A stretch of DNA of 64,000 bases from an uncultured Clostridia bacterium (GTDB lineage Bacteria; Bacillota; Clostridia; Oscillospirales; Acutalibacteraceae): positions 16,993 through 80,992 of the forward strand of contig CANQJS010000002.1 of assembly GCA_947624285.1 (NCBI GenBank), written 5' to 3'. The translations under genes and the position numbers were made by a program. Every line of letters starts with the position of its first letter. Positions within the stretch are counted from its first letter, which is position 1. Shown one piece after another: positions 10,436 to 19,885 of this stretch. Below the pieces are notes generated by a model, which was given only the letters and a program-made list of their open reading frames with translations, was not told the DNA's origin and did not search any database.

Positions 10436-10629
10436 AAAATTCTCCTTAAAATTCATTTGCTTTGACTTGATCGACACACCTATATTATCACAAACGATCG
10501 GAATTGGCAACCGTTAATGTTTTTTTGAAAGTAATTGTAAAAACAGCTTGTTGACACATATTTTATAATATTATATAATTACCGTGTCTTGAGTTTAATA
10601 AATAAAAAGGTAAAAGGGGGTATATTGAA

Positions 10630-11754
10630 ATGGCCGAGGTTTCTGTTATTATACCCGTTTATAATTCCTCGCGCTATCTTCACGAATGCCTTGGAAGCGT
10701 CCTTGATCAGACTTTAAGGGATATTGAGGTGATCTGCGTGGACGACGGCTCGACCGACGGCAGCTTGGATATAGAAAGAGAGTACGCCGAAAAAGACCCC
10801 CGCGTCATTCTCATAGAGCAGAAAAACCTTTTCGCGGGAGCCGCAAGAAACAACGGAATGAAAGCGGCGACCGGAAAATATTTTGCTTTTTGGGACGCGG
10901 ACGACCGATTTGAGCCGAATGCGTTGGAGATACTTTATAACCGCTGTGAGAAAATGCAGGCGGATATCTGCCTTTGCGGGGCGTATATATTCAACGACGG
11001 CTCGAAAAAGCGCGTAGTTGACGAAACGATACTGAAAAAAAGGTTTTTGCCGCGCCAAAGCGTATTTTCCATTGAGGATTATCCAGAATATATTTTCAAT
11101 ATTACCGCCCGTGCGCCGTGGAACAAAATAATACGAGCGTCATTTCTCAAAGAAAACGGAGTTGAATTTCAAAATCTGCAAAATGCAAACGATACTTATT
11201 TTTCGATGATATGTATGTTTTATGCCAAACGCATAACATATGTTGAAAAACCGCTTATAAACTACAGGGTAAACAACGACGAAAGCATAACGGGCAAAGC
11301 CGCCGCCGATCCTCTGTGCGGCTATGAGTCTTACAAGGCGGTCTATGACGAGATAGTGGAAAATGGCGTTTCCGAAAAGGCGCTCCAAAGCTTTTACAAC
11401 AGACTGTACAACGGGCTTATCAGAAGCATTATGATACAATCGCAGGATACGGCAATGCAAGTAGCTTACGACAAGGTCAAAAACGAGGGCTTTGACTATT
11501 TCGGCATAAGCGACCGCCTCGGAGAAGATTATTGCTATTTTAAAAGCGACAGGGAAGATATGCTTTTTATTGAAAAGCACACGCTTACCGAATTTCTCGC
11601 TTATAAATACAGAAAAGAAAATGCGGATAAGCTGTTTTATAAATCCCGAGCCGAGAAATCAATGAAAATAAGACTTGCTCGCCGGATAAGCAGAATGATA
11701 CCCGCAAACAGCAGGCTCTATGACGCGGGTAAGAGAATGCTTAAATTCAGATGA
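10630..11754 (+). CDS. Glycosyltransferase family 2
   Basis: 'VSVIIPVYN...CVDDGSTDGS...ARNNG...FWDADD'. Confidence 0.95.
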   Translation: MAEVSVIIPVYNSSRYLHECLGSVLDQTLRDIEVICVDDGSTDGSLDIEREYAEKDPRVILIEQKNLFAGAARNNGMKAATGKYFAFWDADDRFEPNALEILYNRCEKMQADICLCGAYIFNDGSKKRVVDETILKKRFLPRQSVFSIEDYPEYIFNITARAPWNKIIRASFLKENGVEFQNLQNANDTYFSMICMFYAKRITYVEKPLINYRVNNDESITGKAAADPLCGYESYKAVYDEIVENGVSEKALQSFYNRLYNGLIRSIMIQSQDTAMQVAYDKVKNEGFDYFGISDRLGEDYCYFKSDREDMLFIEKHTLTEFLAYKYRKENADKLFYKSRAEKSMKIRLARRISRMIPANSRLYDAGKRMLKFR

Positions 11755-11765
11755 AGTGATTTTTT

Positions 11766-11880
11766 AACAAAAAATATGATTATCCGATCGCGGGCAGCGG
11801 CTTTTTCGGCTTGTTATTCGCGCACGGGCTGCAAAAAGAAAAAAGCGCCTCATGCTTTAGCGGCGAAAACAAATACGGCT
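11766..11880 (+). pseudogene. Decayed 5' fragment of a UDP-galactopyranose mutase (glf)-like FAD enzyme
   Basis: Reads NKKYDYPIAGSGFFGLLFAHG..., resembling Glf 'KYDYLIVGAGLFGAVFAH'; no start codon, degenerates quickly. Confidence 0.6.
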
Positions 11881-11917
11881 TAAATGTAATTATATGTTGA
11901 AAATCGGAGGATATATA

Positions 11918-13033
11918 ATGAGTAGAGCAAAACATACGAATAAATTGTATAGTATCGAATCATTAAGGTTTCTGTTTGCGGTAATTATTGTTTATTTTCA
12001 CATTTTACACAATAATATCATAGAAGCAACGGGCGGTACTGTTTATCTAAACAGACTCGCGGATAATTGCAATTACGCCGGAGCGATCGTTGATTGCTTT
12101 TTCATTTTAGGCGGATATTTTATGTATAAATCATTCTGCAAAAATCCCGACCTATCGGTAAAACAGTTTTCGTATAGAAAATTCAGCAGATTGTGGCCGG
12201 TGCTTTTTGTTTCAACAGTTTTGTGTTTGCTGTTCTTTGATTATAAGTTTTATCCTAATTTCTTTGATATTCTTTTCCTTCAAAATATCGGAGTTTCGCT
12301 TGACTATCAGGGTATAAACTGGTATGTATCTCCATTTTTCTGGGTCATAATTTTCTATTATGTTTTGCTAAAGCACTCTAAAAACAAAAGAATTTTAAAT
12401 ATTATTGTCGGCGTAACGGTTTATTTTTCATATGTTATTCTTGTTAACAACCGTGCGCCTAATTTCGGACGCGAAGCAATCGGTTATGCTCTGAATGCCG
12501 GTGTGCTCAGAGCGCTCGGGGGAATCGGATTAGGATACCTGATCGCTGTTTGCTGTGAAAGTGTAAAGAGCATGCCTTTTATAAAAAACTTTAAGGCGTC
12601 CGCGTTTCAAAATATCTTAATAACTTTTATCGTAACCGTGCTTGAGGCCGGCAGTATAGTGATGATGTCCATTCACTTTTTCGCAAGAAGCAAGGCATAC
12701 GCAAATGAATTTATTGTTGTGATTTTATTCACTGCGCTTTTTGTTTGCTTTCTTAGCGGAAAAGGTTTGATTTCTAAAATTTTCAGCTTTAAATTATTTG
12801 CGAATTTCGGTAAATACGCCTATTCCATTTACATTATGCAGAGCGTTTCATTTAATATTCTTGCAAGGACGCTATGGAAAACCTCTTATGCGACTGAGCA
12901 TTCTTTAAAATGTATTCTGTTATCCGTGGCGTTTGCCGTAGCTTTGGGGATCGCAACATATTATATAGTTGAAAAGCCTTCCGCTAAGCTGTTAAAAAAA
13001 TTTGAAAGAAAACTTTTCGCCAGAGAGGCTTAA
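11918..13033 (+). CDS. Acyltransferase-3 (OafA-like) membrane O-acyltransferase
   Basis: 'IESLRFLFAVIIVYFH', 'FFILGGY', 'RKFSRLWP', 'GKYAYSIY', 'YYIVEKP'; visibly AT-richer than its neighbours. Confidence 0.9.
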   Translation: MSRAKHTNKLYSIESLRFLFAVIIVYFHILHNNIIEATGGTVYLNRLADNCNYAGAIVDCFFILGGYFMYKSFCKNPDLSVKQFSYRKFSRLWPVLFVSTVLCLLFFDYKFYPNFFDILFLQNIGVSLDYQGINWYVSPFFWVIIFYYVLLKHSKNKRILNIIVGVTVYFSYVILVNNRAPNFGREAIGYALNAGVLRALGGIGLGYLIAVCCESVKSMPFIKNFKASAFQNILITFIVTVLEAGSIVMMSIHFFARSKAYANEFIVVILFTALFVCFLSGKGLISKIFSFKLFANFGKYAYSIYIMQSVSFNILARTLWKTSYATEHSLKCILLSVAFAVALGIATYYIVEKPSAKLLKKFERKLFAREA

Positions 13034-13179
13034 GAGCGGTTTTCTGTTCAAAATATTCCACCTTCGAGAATTCAACCCGTGGTCGATACTCTCGTTTTAA
13101 CGGTGGCAACATATTTTTGCATAATAATATATTAAAAACCGCCGATAATGCTTACGCATATCGGCGGCCTTTTTATGCT

Positions 13180-14106
13180 TTATGAGAAAAGAGCTGTGGA
13201 GAGGTATCTTTCGCCCGTATCCGGCAGGAGAACAACTATGTTTTTGCCCTTAAATTCCTCTTTCTTTGAAAGCTGCAGCGCGGCAAATGTGGCTGCGCCG
13301 CTCGAAATTCCAACAAGTACTCCCTCGGTTTTTGCAATTTTGTCCGCGGTTGTAAAAGCGTCCTCGTTTGAAACGGGGATAATTCCGTCATACACGGAGG
13401 TGTCGAGCGTATCGGGAACAAAGCCCGCGCCGATGCCCTGTATTTTATGAGCGCCCGCATGACCCTCGGAAAGAACGGGAGAGCTTGCCGGCTCTACGGC
13501 GTAAATTTTAACATTCGGGTTTTTCTCTTTGAGATATTTACCGACGCCCGAAAGCGTGCCGCCCGTGCCTACGCCCGCAACAAAGACATCCACCTTACCG
13601 TCCGTATCCTCCCAGATCTCCGGACCTGTTGTTTCATAATGGACCTTTGGATTGGCGGGATTTACGAACTGACCCAGAATAACTGCGCCGGGAGTTGACT
13701 CTTTGAGCTCCTCCGCCTTGGCGATAGCGCCGTTCATACCCTTAGAGCCGTCGGTGAGCACGACCTGCGCGCCGTAGGCTTTAACGAGATTTCTGCGCTC
13801 AACGCTCATCGTCTCCGGCATTGTAAGAATTACCTTATAGCCCTTTGCCGTGCCTACTCCCGCAAGCCCTATCCCCGTATTGCCGGAGGTGGGCTCTATT
13901 ATCGTTGCACCCTTTTTCAGCGTGCCGTCCGCCTCCGCGGCGCTTATCATCGCGTTTGCCACTCTGTCTTTTACCGAGCCGGCGGGATTGAAATATTCCA
14001 GCTTTGCAATGATGCTCGCCTGCGCGCCTGTTGCGGCGGAAAAATTATTTAGTTTAAGTAAAGGTGTTTTGCCGATAAGCTCGGCAACATTGTTGTAAAC
14101 AGACAT
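13180..14106 (-). CDS. cysK: Cysteine synthase A
   Basis: 'NPAGSVKDR', '[10 protein letters not shown]', 'HKIQGIG', '[10 protein letters not shown]'. Confidence 0.97.
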   Translation of the reverse strand: MSVYNNVAELIGKTPLLKLNNFSAATGAQASIIAKLEYFNPAGSVKDRVANAMISAAEADGTLKKGATIIEPTSGNTGIGLAGVGTAKGYKVILTMPETMSVERRNLVKAYGAQVVLTDGSKGMNGAIAKAEELKESTPGAVILGQFVNPANPKVHYETTGPEIWEDTDGKVDVFVAGVGTGGTLSGVGKYLKEKNPNVKIYAVEPASSPVLSEGHAGAHKIQGIGAGFVPDTLDTSVYDGIIPVSNEDAFTTADKIAKTEGVLVGISSGAATFAALQLSKKEEFKGKNIVVLLPDTGERYLSTALFS

Positions 14107-14124
14107 ATCAAATTTCCTTTCTTC

Positions 14125-15411
14125 TTAATTTATTGCCTTGAACGCCTCGTCAAGATCGTGGATAATATCGTCAATATGCTCCGTTCCTATGGAGAGGCGT
14201 ACCGTGCTGTCATAGATGCCCTGCTCATCGAATTCCTCGGGAGAAAGCTGTGAGTGGGTGGTGGTTTTCGGGTGTATAACAAGGGATTTCACATCCGCCA
14301 CATTAGCGAGCAGCGAGAATATCTTGAGGCTGTCGATAAACTTTTTAGCCTCTTTTTCGCCGCCCTTTATATCGAAAGTAAATATCGAGCCCGCTCCGTT
14401 GGGGAAATATTTGTTGTAGAGCGCCTTGTATCTCTCATCGAGCGACGGGTGATTTATTTTTGCCACAAGCGGGTGGTTTGAAAGATATTCCAAAACCTTT
14501 TTCGTGTTTTCAACATGGCGCTCAACACGAAGCGAAAGCGTTTCAAGCCCCTGAAGCAGTAAAAATGCGTTGAACGGCGAAATCGCCGCGCCCGTATCCC
14601 TCAAAATTATCGCGCGAATATAAGTTGCGAACGCCGCCGCGCCTGCCGCCTCAACGAAGCTTATGCCGTGATAGCTGGCGTTGGGCTCGGAAAGCTGCGG
14701 AAATTTGCCGCTTGCCGCCCAATCGAATTTGCCGCCGTCCACGATAACGCCGCCCAGCGTCGTTCCGTGACCGCCGATGAATTTTGTGGCGCTGTGAACT
14801 ACTATATCCGCTCCGTATTCAATGGGGCGAAGCAGAAACGGGGTAGTAAAAGTGCTGTCCACCACAAGGGGAATATTGTGAGCGTGGGCGATCTCCGCCA
14901 CCGCCTCGATATCAATAATATTCGAGTTTGGATTTCCGAGGCTTTCTATGAATATCGCCTTAGTGTTTTCCCTCAGCGCGTTTTCAAAATTTTTCGGGTC
15001 GTCGGGATCTACAAAGGTTGTTTTAACACCGTGCTCGGGGAAAGTGTGGGCAAGATAATTGTAAGTGCCGCCGTAAATCGTTTTGGCGCTTACAATATGG
15101 TCGCCCGCCTTGGCAAGCGCCTGAAAGGTGTAGGCAAGAGCCGCCGCTCCCGACGCCGTTGCAAGCGCCGCAACGCCGCCCTCAAGCGCCGCCATCCTCT
15201 GCTCGAAAACATCCTGAGTTGAGTTTGTGAGCCTGCCGTAAATATTGCCGGCGTCCGTAAGATTAAAGCGCGCCTGCGCGTGGTCGCTGTTGTGAAATAC
15301 ATATGATGTTGTTTGATAAATCGGAACTGCTCTCGCATCTGTTGCGGGGTCGGCATTCTCCTGACCCACATGTAATTGCAATGTTTCAAAATGATATTTG
15401 TAATCTGCCAT
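14125..15411 (-). CDS. metY: O-acetylhomoserine/O-acetylserine sulfhydrylase
   Basis: 'VPIYQTTSY', 'HSATKFIGGHG', 'LANVADVKSLVIHP'; ATG 15411 after GGAGG. Confidence 0.92.
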   Translation of the reverse strand: MADYKYHFETLQLHVGQENADPATDARAVPIYQTTSYVFHNSDHAQARFNLTDAGNIYGRLTNSTQDVFEQRMAALEGGVAALATASGAAALAYTFQALAKAGDHIVSAKTIYGGTYNYLAHTFPEHGVKTTFVDPDDPKNFENALRENTKAIFIESLGNPNSNIIDIEAVAEIAHAHNIPLVVDSTFTTPFLLRPIEYGADIVVHSATKFIGGHGTTLGGVIVDGGKFDWAASGKFPQLSEPNASYHGISFVEAAGAAAFATYIRAIILRDTGAAISPFNAFLLLQGLETLSLRVERHVENTKKVLEYLSNHPLVAKINHPSLDERYKALYNKYFPNGAGSIFTFDIKGGEKEAKKFIDSLKIFSLLANVADVKSLVIHPKTTTHSQLSPEEFDEQGIYDSTVRLSIGTEHIDDIIHDLDEAFKAIN

Positions 15412-15469
15412 TATGTTGACCTCCATAAACATTTTTAAGAATTTGTTTTCTAAAATTATTCAATCAAAA

Positions 15470-15535
15470 TCAACATCGGCACATTCGCTCAAACGAGGTA
15501 TACGGCGCCCGTTTTGCTTCATAATCACTATTCAT
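15470..15535 (-). CDS. 21-aa leader peptide MNSDYEAKRAPYTSFERMCRC
   Basis: Strong RBS AAAAGGAGG, ATG 15535, TGA 15470; lies between promoter and metY. Confidence 0.6.
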   Translation of the reverse strand: MNSDYEAKRAPYTSFERMCRC

Positions 15536-15561
15536 AAAGATGCCTCCTTTTGAAATTCCAT

Positions 15562-15627
15562 ATTGCCTATGGATTTGGTAGGAATTAACCTTATCAAAAG
15601 AATAGCACCTAACAAAATGAATGTCAA
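15562..15627 (-). promoter_or_regulatory. metY-cysK promoter with downstream palindromic operator (likely bound by the adjacent Rrf2 protein)
   Basis: TTGACA(15627-15622)-17 bp-TATTCT with extended TG; CCTA-N9-TAGG palindrome at 15566-15582. Confidence 0.65.
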
Positions 15628-15641
15628 GCACTTTTTTTAAA

Positions 15642-16070
15642 TTATTTTTCCGATTCTGTTTTTCCGTCCTTGAGCAGGTCTGCGAGGGTTATATTGTCAA
15701 CAACGCGATTTATCGCATCGTTTATCTTCTGCCACACTCCTACGGTGGGGCAGCTGCCGTATTTCGGGCAGCGGGCATCCTCCTCATCCTCAATGCAGGC
15801 AATAGGCGCAAGACTTCCCTCCGTGAGGCGAAGGATCATACCCACGGTGTATTCCTCAGGCTTTCTGGCAAGCCTGTAGCCGCCGCCAGAGCCGCGTTCG
15901 CTTTTGACATATCCTGCGCGGTTAAGAGTGGCGATTATCTGCTCCAAATATTTAATACTTATCCCCTGCCGTTCTGATATTGCCTTGATGGAGATATTTT
16001 CGCCGTTGTCGTTTTCGGCAAGGTCTATCATAAGGCTGAGAGCGTATCTGCCCTTTGTTGAAATTTTCAA
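15642..16070 (-). CDS. Rrf2-family regulator (CymR/IscR-like)
   Basis: 'KISTKGRYAL', 'KYLEQI', 'S.RGSGGGYRLAR', three Cys; TTG start inferred. Confidence 0.93.
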   Translation of the reverse strand: MKISTKGRYALSLMIDLAENDNGENISIKAISERQGISIKYLEQIIATLNRAGYVKSERGSGGGYRLARKPEEYTVGMILRLTEGSLAPIACIEDEEDARCPKYGSCPTVGVWQKINDAINRVVDNITLADLLKDGKTESEK

Positions 16071-16114
16071 AGCTGTCACCTCTTACAGATTATTATAGTT
16101 GAGACCGGCGGTTT

Positions 16115-18202
16115 TCACGCGGCGTTCACGGTTTCTTTTTTCGGCAGGCGTGAATTTTTCGGCGCTTTTCTCAAGAGCATAAAGGCGAAAAATGCCAAAG
16201 CCAAAAACGCGATAACGGTGTAAGGCGTAAGCCTCCCGCCCGTGAAAAGCAGACCGAGCTGATATATGCAAAATGAAACAAAGTAGGCGAAAGCGCACTG
16301 GTAGCCTATTGCAAAAGCCGTCCACTTAAAGCTGTTCATCTCTCTGCGAATTGCGCCCATTGCCGCAACGCAGGGTGCGCAGAGCAGATTGAAAATAAGA
16401 AACGCAAAGCCCGAAAGCGCCGTGAAGCCCTCGCCGATACTGTTATAAAGAACGCCGAAAACACCCACGATCTCTTCCTTTGCGATAAGACCGAGAAGCG
16501 TTGCCACGGTAGCCTGCCAAGTGCCGAATCCGAGTGGCACAAAAATGACATCGGCAATATTTCCGAGATATGCCAAAACGGAATTATCCATATGACTGAC
16601 CATACCAAATTTGCCGCCGTAAAATCCGAAATTGGAAAGAAACCACACGGCGCAGGAGGCGAGAAGAATGATCGTGCCGGCTTTTTTGACATAGCTGATG
16701 CTCCTGTCCCAAGTGGCGCGGGCGACAGAGCCGAAGGTGGGCATATGATAATTTGGCAGCTCCATAACAAACGGGGAGGTGTCGCCCCTGAAAAGCCGCG
16801 TTTTTTTGAGGATTATGCCGCTGGTGATAATTGCGGCGATACCGATGAAATAAGCGCAGGGCGCAACCCACCACTCCTTAGAAAACAGCCCCGAAGCTAT
16901 AAGGGAAATAACGGGCAGCTTCGCGCCGCAGGGTATAAATGTAGTTGTTATTACGGTCATTCTGCGCTCGTTGACATTTTCGATAGTGCGGCTGCTCATA
17001 ATTCCGGGCACGCCGCAGCCCGTGCCGACAAGGATCGGTATAAAGCTTTTGCCCGAAAGACCGAATTTTCTGAAAAGCCTATCCATAATGAAGGCGATGC
17101 GGCTCATATAGCCGCAATCCTCAAGAAACGATAGGAAAACGAACAAAACCACTATCTGCGGAACGAAAGAGAGCACCGAGCCCACGCCCGCGATGATCCC
17201 ATCCGTGATAAGGCTTGAGAGCCACGGCGCGCAGTTGACCGATTGAAGGAAATTTCCCGCGGTAAGCCTCAGACCGTTCACACCGAAAAGATTATCGGCG
17301 ATATAGTCAGCAAACCCGCCGAAAACGGAAACCGAAATGTAATAGACCGCGAACATTATCAGAATAAATATCGGCAATGACAGATATTTATTTGTGACGA
17401 CGGAGTCTATCCGCTCCGAAATGGGGATCCTGCCGCTTTTTGTGCGGCATTCGTCTATACAGGAGGTTATGTATCTGTAGCGCTGGTCGGCGATGATGCT
17501 CTCGCTGTCATCGTCATAATACTTTTCCACATCGCGGATTATGCTCTCACAGTCGGGAAAATCCGAAGCTACAAGGCTGTCGCGCTCAAAGATCTTAGTT
17601 GCAAAATATCTTTTGTGGAGCATATCCGTGCCGTCGGGCAGCATGGCGGATATGAAATGAAGCGCGGACTCCACCCTGTCGTCAAAGCTGTGGTGTATCG
17701 GCGGAACGCCTTTGTTGGTGCGTGCGAGCTCCACCGCCTTTTTTGCGCACTTCTTTACTCCCGTTCCTTTCAGCGCCGATATCTCAAAGCAAACGCAGCC
17801 GAAATGTTCGCTTATCTCGTCAAGATTTATAACATCGCCGTTTTTCTTGACAAGGTCTATCATATTTATTGCCATTACCACGGGTATCCCTATCTCGCAA
17901 AGCTGAGTTGTGAGGTAAAGATTGCGTTCAAGATTTGTGCCGTCGATGATATTCAGAATGACATCGGGCTCTTCGTTGATAAGGTAATTCCTCGCCACTA
18001 CCTCTTCGGGAGTGTAGGGAGAAAGGCTGTAAATGCCGGGAAGATCGGCGATGATAACATCCTTTTCGTCCTTCAGCCTGCCCTCCTTCGCCTCAACGGT
18101 GACGCCCGCCCAGTTGCCGACATATTGATTTGAGCCCGTGAGGGCGTTGAAAAGCATTGTTTTACCGCAGTTTGGATTTCCAGCAAGCGCAATTTTAATC
18201 AT
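16115..18202 (-). CDS. feoB: Ferrous iron transporter FeoB
   Basis: 'GNPNCGKT', 'VGNWAGVTV', 'DLPGIYSL', 'PFVMELPNY', gate/TM domains. Confidence 0.96.
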   Translation of the reverse strand: MIKIALAGNPNCGKTMLFNALTGSNQYVGNWAGVTVEAKEGRLKDEKDVIIADLPGIYSLSPYTPEEVVARNYLINEEPDVILNIIDGTNLERNLYLTTQLCEIGIPVVMAINMIDLVKKNGDVINLDEISEHFGCVCFEISALKGTGVKKCAKKAVELARTNKGVPPIHHSFDDRVESALHFISAMLPDGTDMLHKRYFATKIFERDSLVASDFPDCESIIRDVEKYYDDDSESIIADQRYRYITSCIDECRTKSGRIPISERIDSVVTNKYLSLPIFILIMFAVYYISVSVFGGFADYIADNLFGVNGLRLTAGNFLQSVNCAPWLSSLITDGIIAGVGSVLSFVPQIVVLFVFLSFLEDCGYMSRIAFIMDRLFRKFGLSGKSFIPILVGTGCGVPGIMSSRTIENVNERRMTVITTTFIPCGAKLPVISLIASGLFSKEWWVAPCAYFIGIAAIITSGIILKKTRLFRGDTSPFVMELPNYHMPTFGSVARATWDRSISYVKKAGTIILLASCAVWFLSNFGFYGGKFGMVSHMDNSVLAYLGNIADVIFVPLGFGTWQATVATLLGLIAKEEIVGVFGVLYNSIGEGFTALSGFAFLIFNLLCAPCVAAMGAIRREMNSFKWTAFAIGYQCAFAYFVSFCIYQLGLLFTGGRLTPYTVIAFLALAFFAFMLLRKAPKNSRLPKKETVNAA

Positions 18203-18941
18203 GGCTACCTCTTAATTGTTTTTTAATATAATCACAGTATTCGCCGATTATATCCGTTTCGGTGAGGGAATAGAGCATTCGCGCCCCCACAGCGTCCTCG
18301 ATTTCGTTAAAAACGGCTCTGCCGCCGTCAAAAACAAAATCAAGCCCTATGTAATCATATTCTATAAGCGACGAAATCTTGTCTATAAGATGAATTTCAT
18401 CTGAGGAAAGACGATATAATGACGCGCGCCCGCCAAGGCAAAAATTTGCCCTGAAGTCGCTGTCGCTCTCGCGAAGAACGGCGCCCATGATCTTACCGCC
18501 CAAAAGCCACACGCGCAGATCCTTTCCCATTTCCGAGGCGGGCTTTTGATAGACGAAGCCGTCCGTTTTGGGAACAGGCGGGCTGTCTATAAGCCGAACG
18601 CCCTTTCCCCCCTTGCCAAACGAGGGTTTCATAACAAGCGGCGTGGTCATATAGTCTATCGGCATTATCTCAATATCGTTTTCGCGCATATATTCATAGC
18701 ATCGCTGCTTATCGTTTGCAAGCCTTGTAAGAGGCGACGGATTGAATACCCTTTTCCCTCTGCGCTCAAATTCGCGAGCGATATCGTATCTGTCGGTCCT
18801 GTTGATTACGAAATCGGCGGGGGCGTCAAAATCCACCGTTTCCTCATACATAAGGGTAACGCCGAGATATTTTTTATATTTTTCCACGGAAAAAGCATTC
18901 CGCCGCGCCTCGGCGCGGCTGTATATCAAAATCCCGCTCAT
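18195..18941 (-). CDS. RimK-like ATP-grasp ligase
   Basis: 'LANDKQR', 'VMKPSFGKGGKGV', 'DLRVWLLG', 'DFRANFCLGG', 'GLDF...NEIE'. Confidence 0.85.
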   Translation of the reverse strand: MSGILIYSRAEARRNAFSVEKYKKYLGVTLMYEETVDFDAPADFVINRTDRYDIAREFERRGKRVFNPSPLTRLANDKQRCYEYMRENDIEIMPIDYMTTPLVMKPSFGKGGKGVRLIDSPPVPKTDGFVYQKPASEMGKDLRVWLLGGKIMGAVLRESDSDFRANFCLGGRASLYRLSSDEIHLIDKISSLIEYDYIGLDFVFDGGRAVFNEIEDAVGARMLYSLTETDIIGEYCDYIKKQLRGSHD

Positions 18942-19753
18942 AGCCGTCTCCGTATTTCTCTGAAAATCTCCGCGCCCGCGTCTATACCGGTACATTCCGT
19001 AATATTTATTATATGGGCGTTACTGTTTACCTCGCACACGAGACCGCCATTAAGAATATCGACTCCGCCAAAGCAAAGCCCCAATCTCTCACATGCCGAT
19101 ACGGCCAGCTCGCATTCCGATTCGTCGGGCTTGCAGGGGCGCATTTTCCCGCCGTTCGTCACATTTGAGCGAAAATCGTTATCGTTATATCTCTCCATCG
19201 CCGCAACCACTCTGCCGCCCACAACTTCAAGGCGCTTGTCCCTGCCGCGGGAGGAGGAAATAAATTCCTGCAAAATAAAAGGGCGCTGCGATATGCGGGC
19301 GAGTATATCCTCTTTCGTCTCGCACAAAAAAACCTGCTCGCCGAATGAGCCGAAGCTCTCTTTAAAAACAAGGGGCAGCCCGAGGATCTCGGCGGCTTTA
19401 TCAACAAATTCCGTATAATCCGCCTCAAAAAACGATTTTGGCGCCAAAAGCGTTTTCGGTTGGGGAACGATACCGAGAAGCTCAATATAAGTTCGCCCCT
19501 TATCATCGCACTTTTCAATGGAATCTGCGCTGTTGAAAACAGGCAAGCCCTCCTTTTCAAGGCGGCGCGCAAGATTTATATCCTTATCCCAAAACAAAAC
19601 GAAATCGCATTCGGGGCTTTCGGTTGAAAGCTCAAGATTTGTTTTTATTTCAAGGGCTATGCGCTCCTTTTCGGCGGCAAGGCAAAGCGCGCGGTAAAGC
19701 CCGCCGAATTTTTCGGTGTTTAAAAAATGATTTACCGCAAGCACGCCTTTCAT
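18938..19753 (-). CDS. RimK-family alpha-L-glutamate ligase (ATP-grasp)
   Basis: 'CDDK', 'KESFGSFGEQV', 'DFRSNVTNGG', 'GVDIL...CEVNSN'. Confidence 0.88.
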   Translation of the reverse strand: MKGVLAVNHFLNTEKFGGLYRALCLAAEKERIALEIKTNLELSTESPECDFVLFWDKDINLARRLEKEGLPVFNSADSIEKCDDKGRTYIELLGIVPQPKTLLAPKSFFEADYTEFVDKAAEILGLPLVFKESFGSFGEQVFLCETKEDILARISQRPFILQEFISSSRGRDKRLEVVGGRVVAAMERYNDNDFRSNVTNGGKMRPCKPDESECELAVSACERLGLCFGGVDILNGGLVCEVNSNAHIINITECTGIDAGAEIFREIRRRL

Positions 19754-19885
19754 AGCCTTTTTTCCTTTTGTTGAGAGATGTTGATGTTCGGGCTTCGCCC
19801 TCGGATTAAATTGTAGCATTTTTGCTTGCTTTTTTCAATGCGGCAGTATAAAATAATTATACTGTTATATTAAGGAGGCAAAAAA

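Noticed and set aside
15470-19753. Graspetide RiPP cluster (ATP-grasp pair plus short peptide)
   Set aside because: The ligases look RimK-like, and the peptide lacks leader/core repeats and lies in a separate promoter unit.
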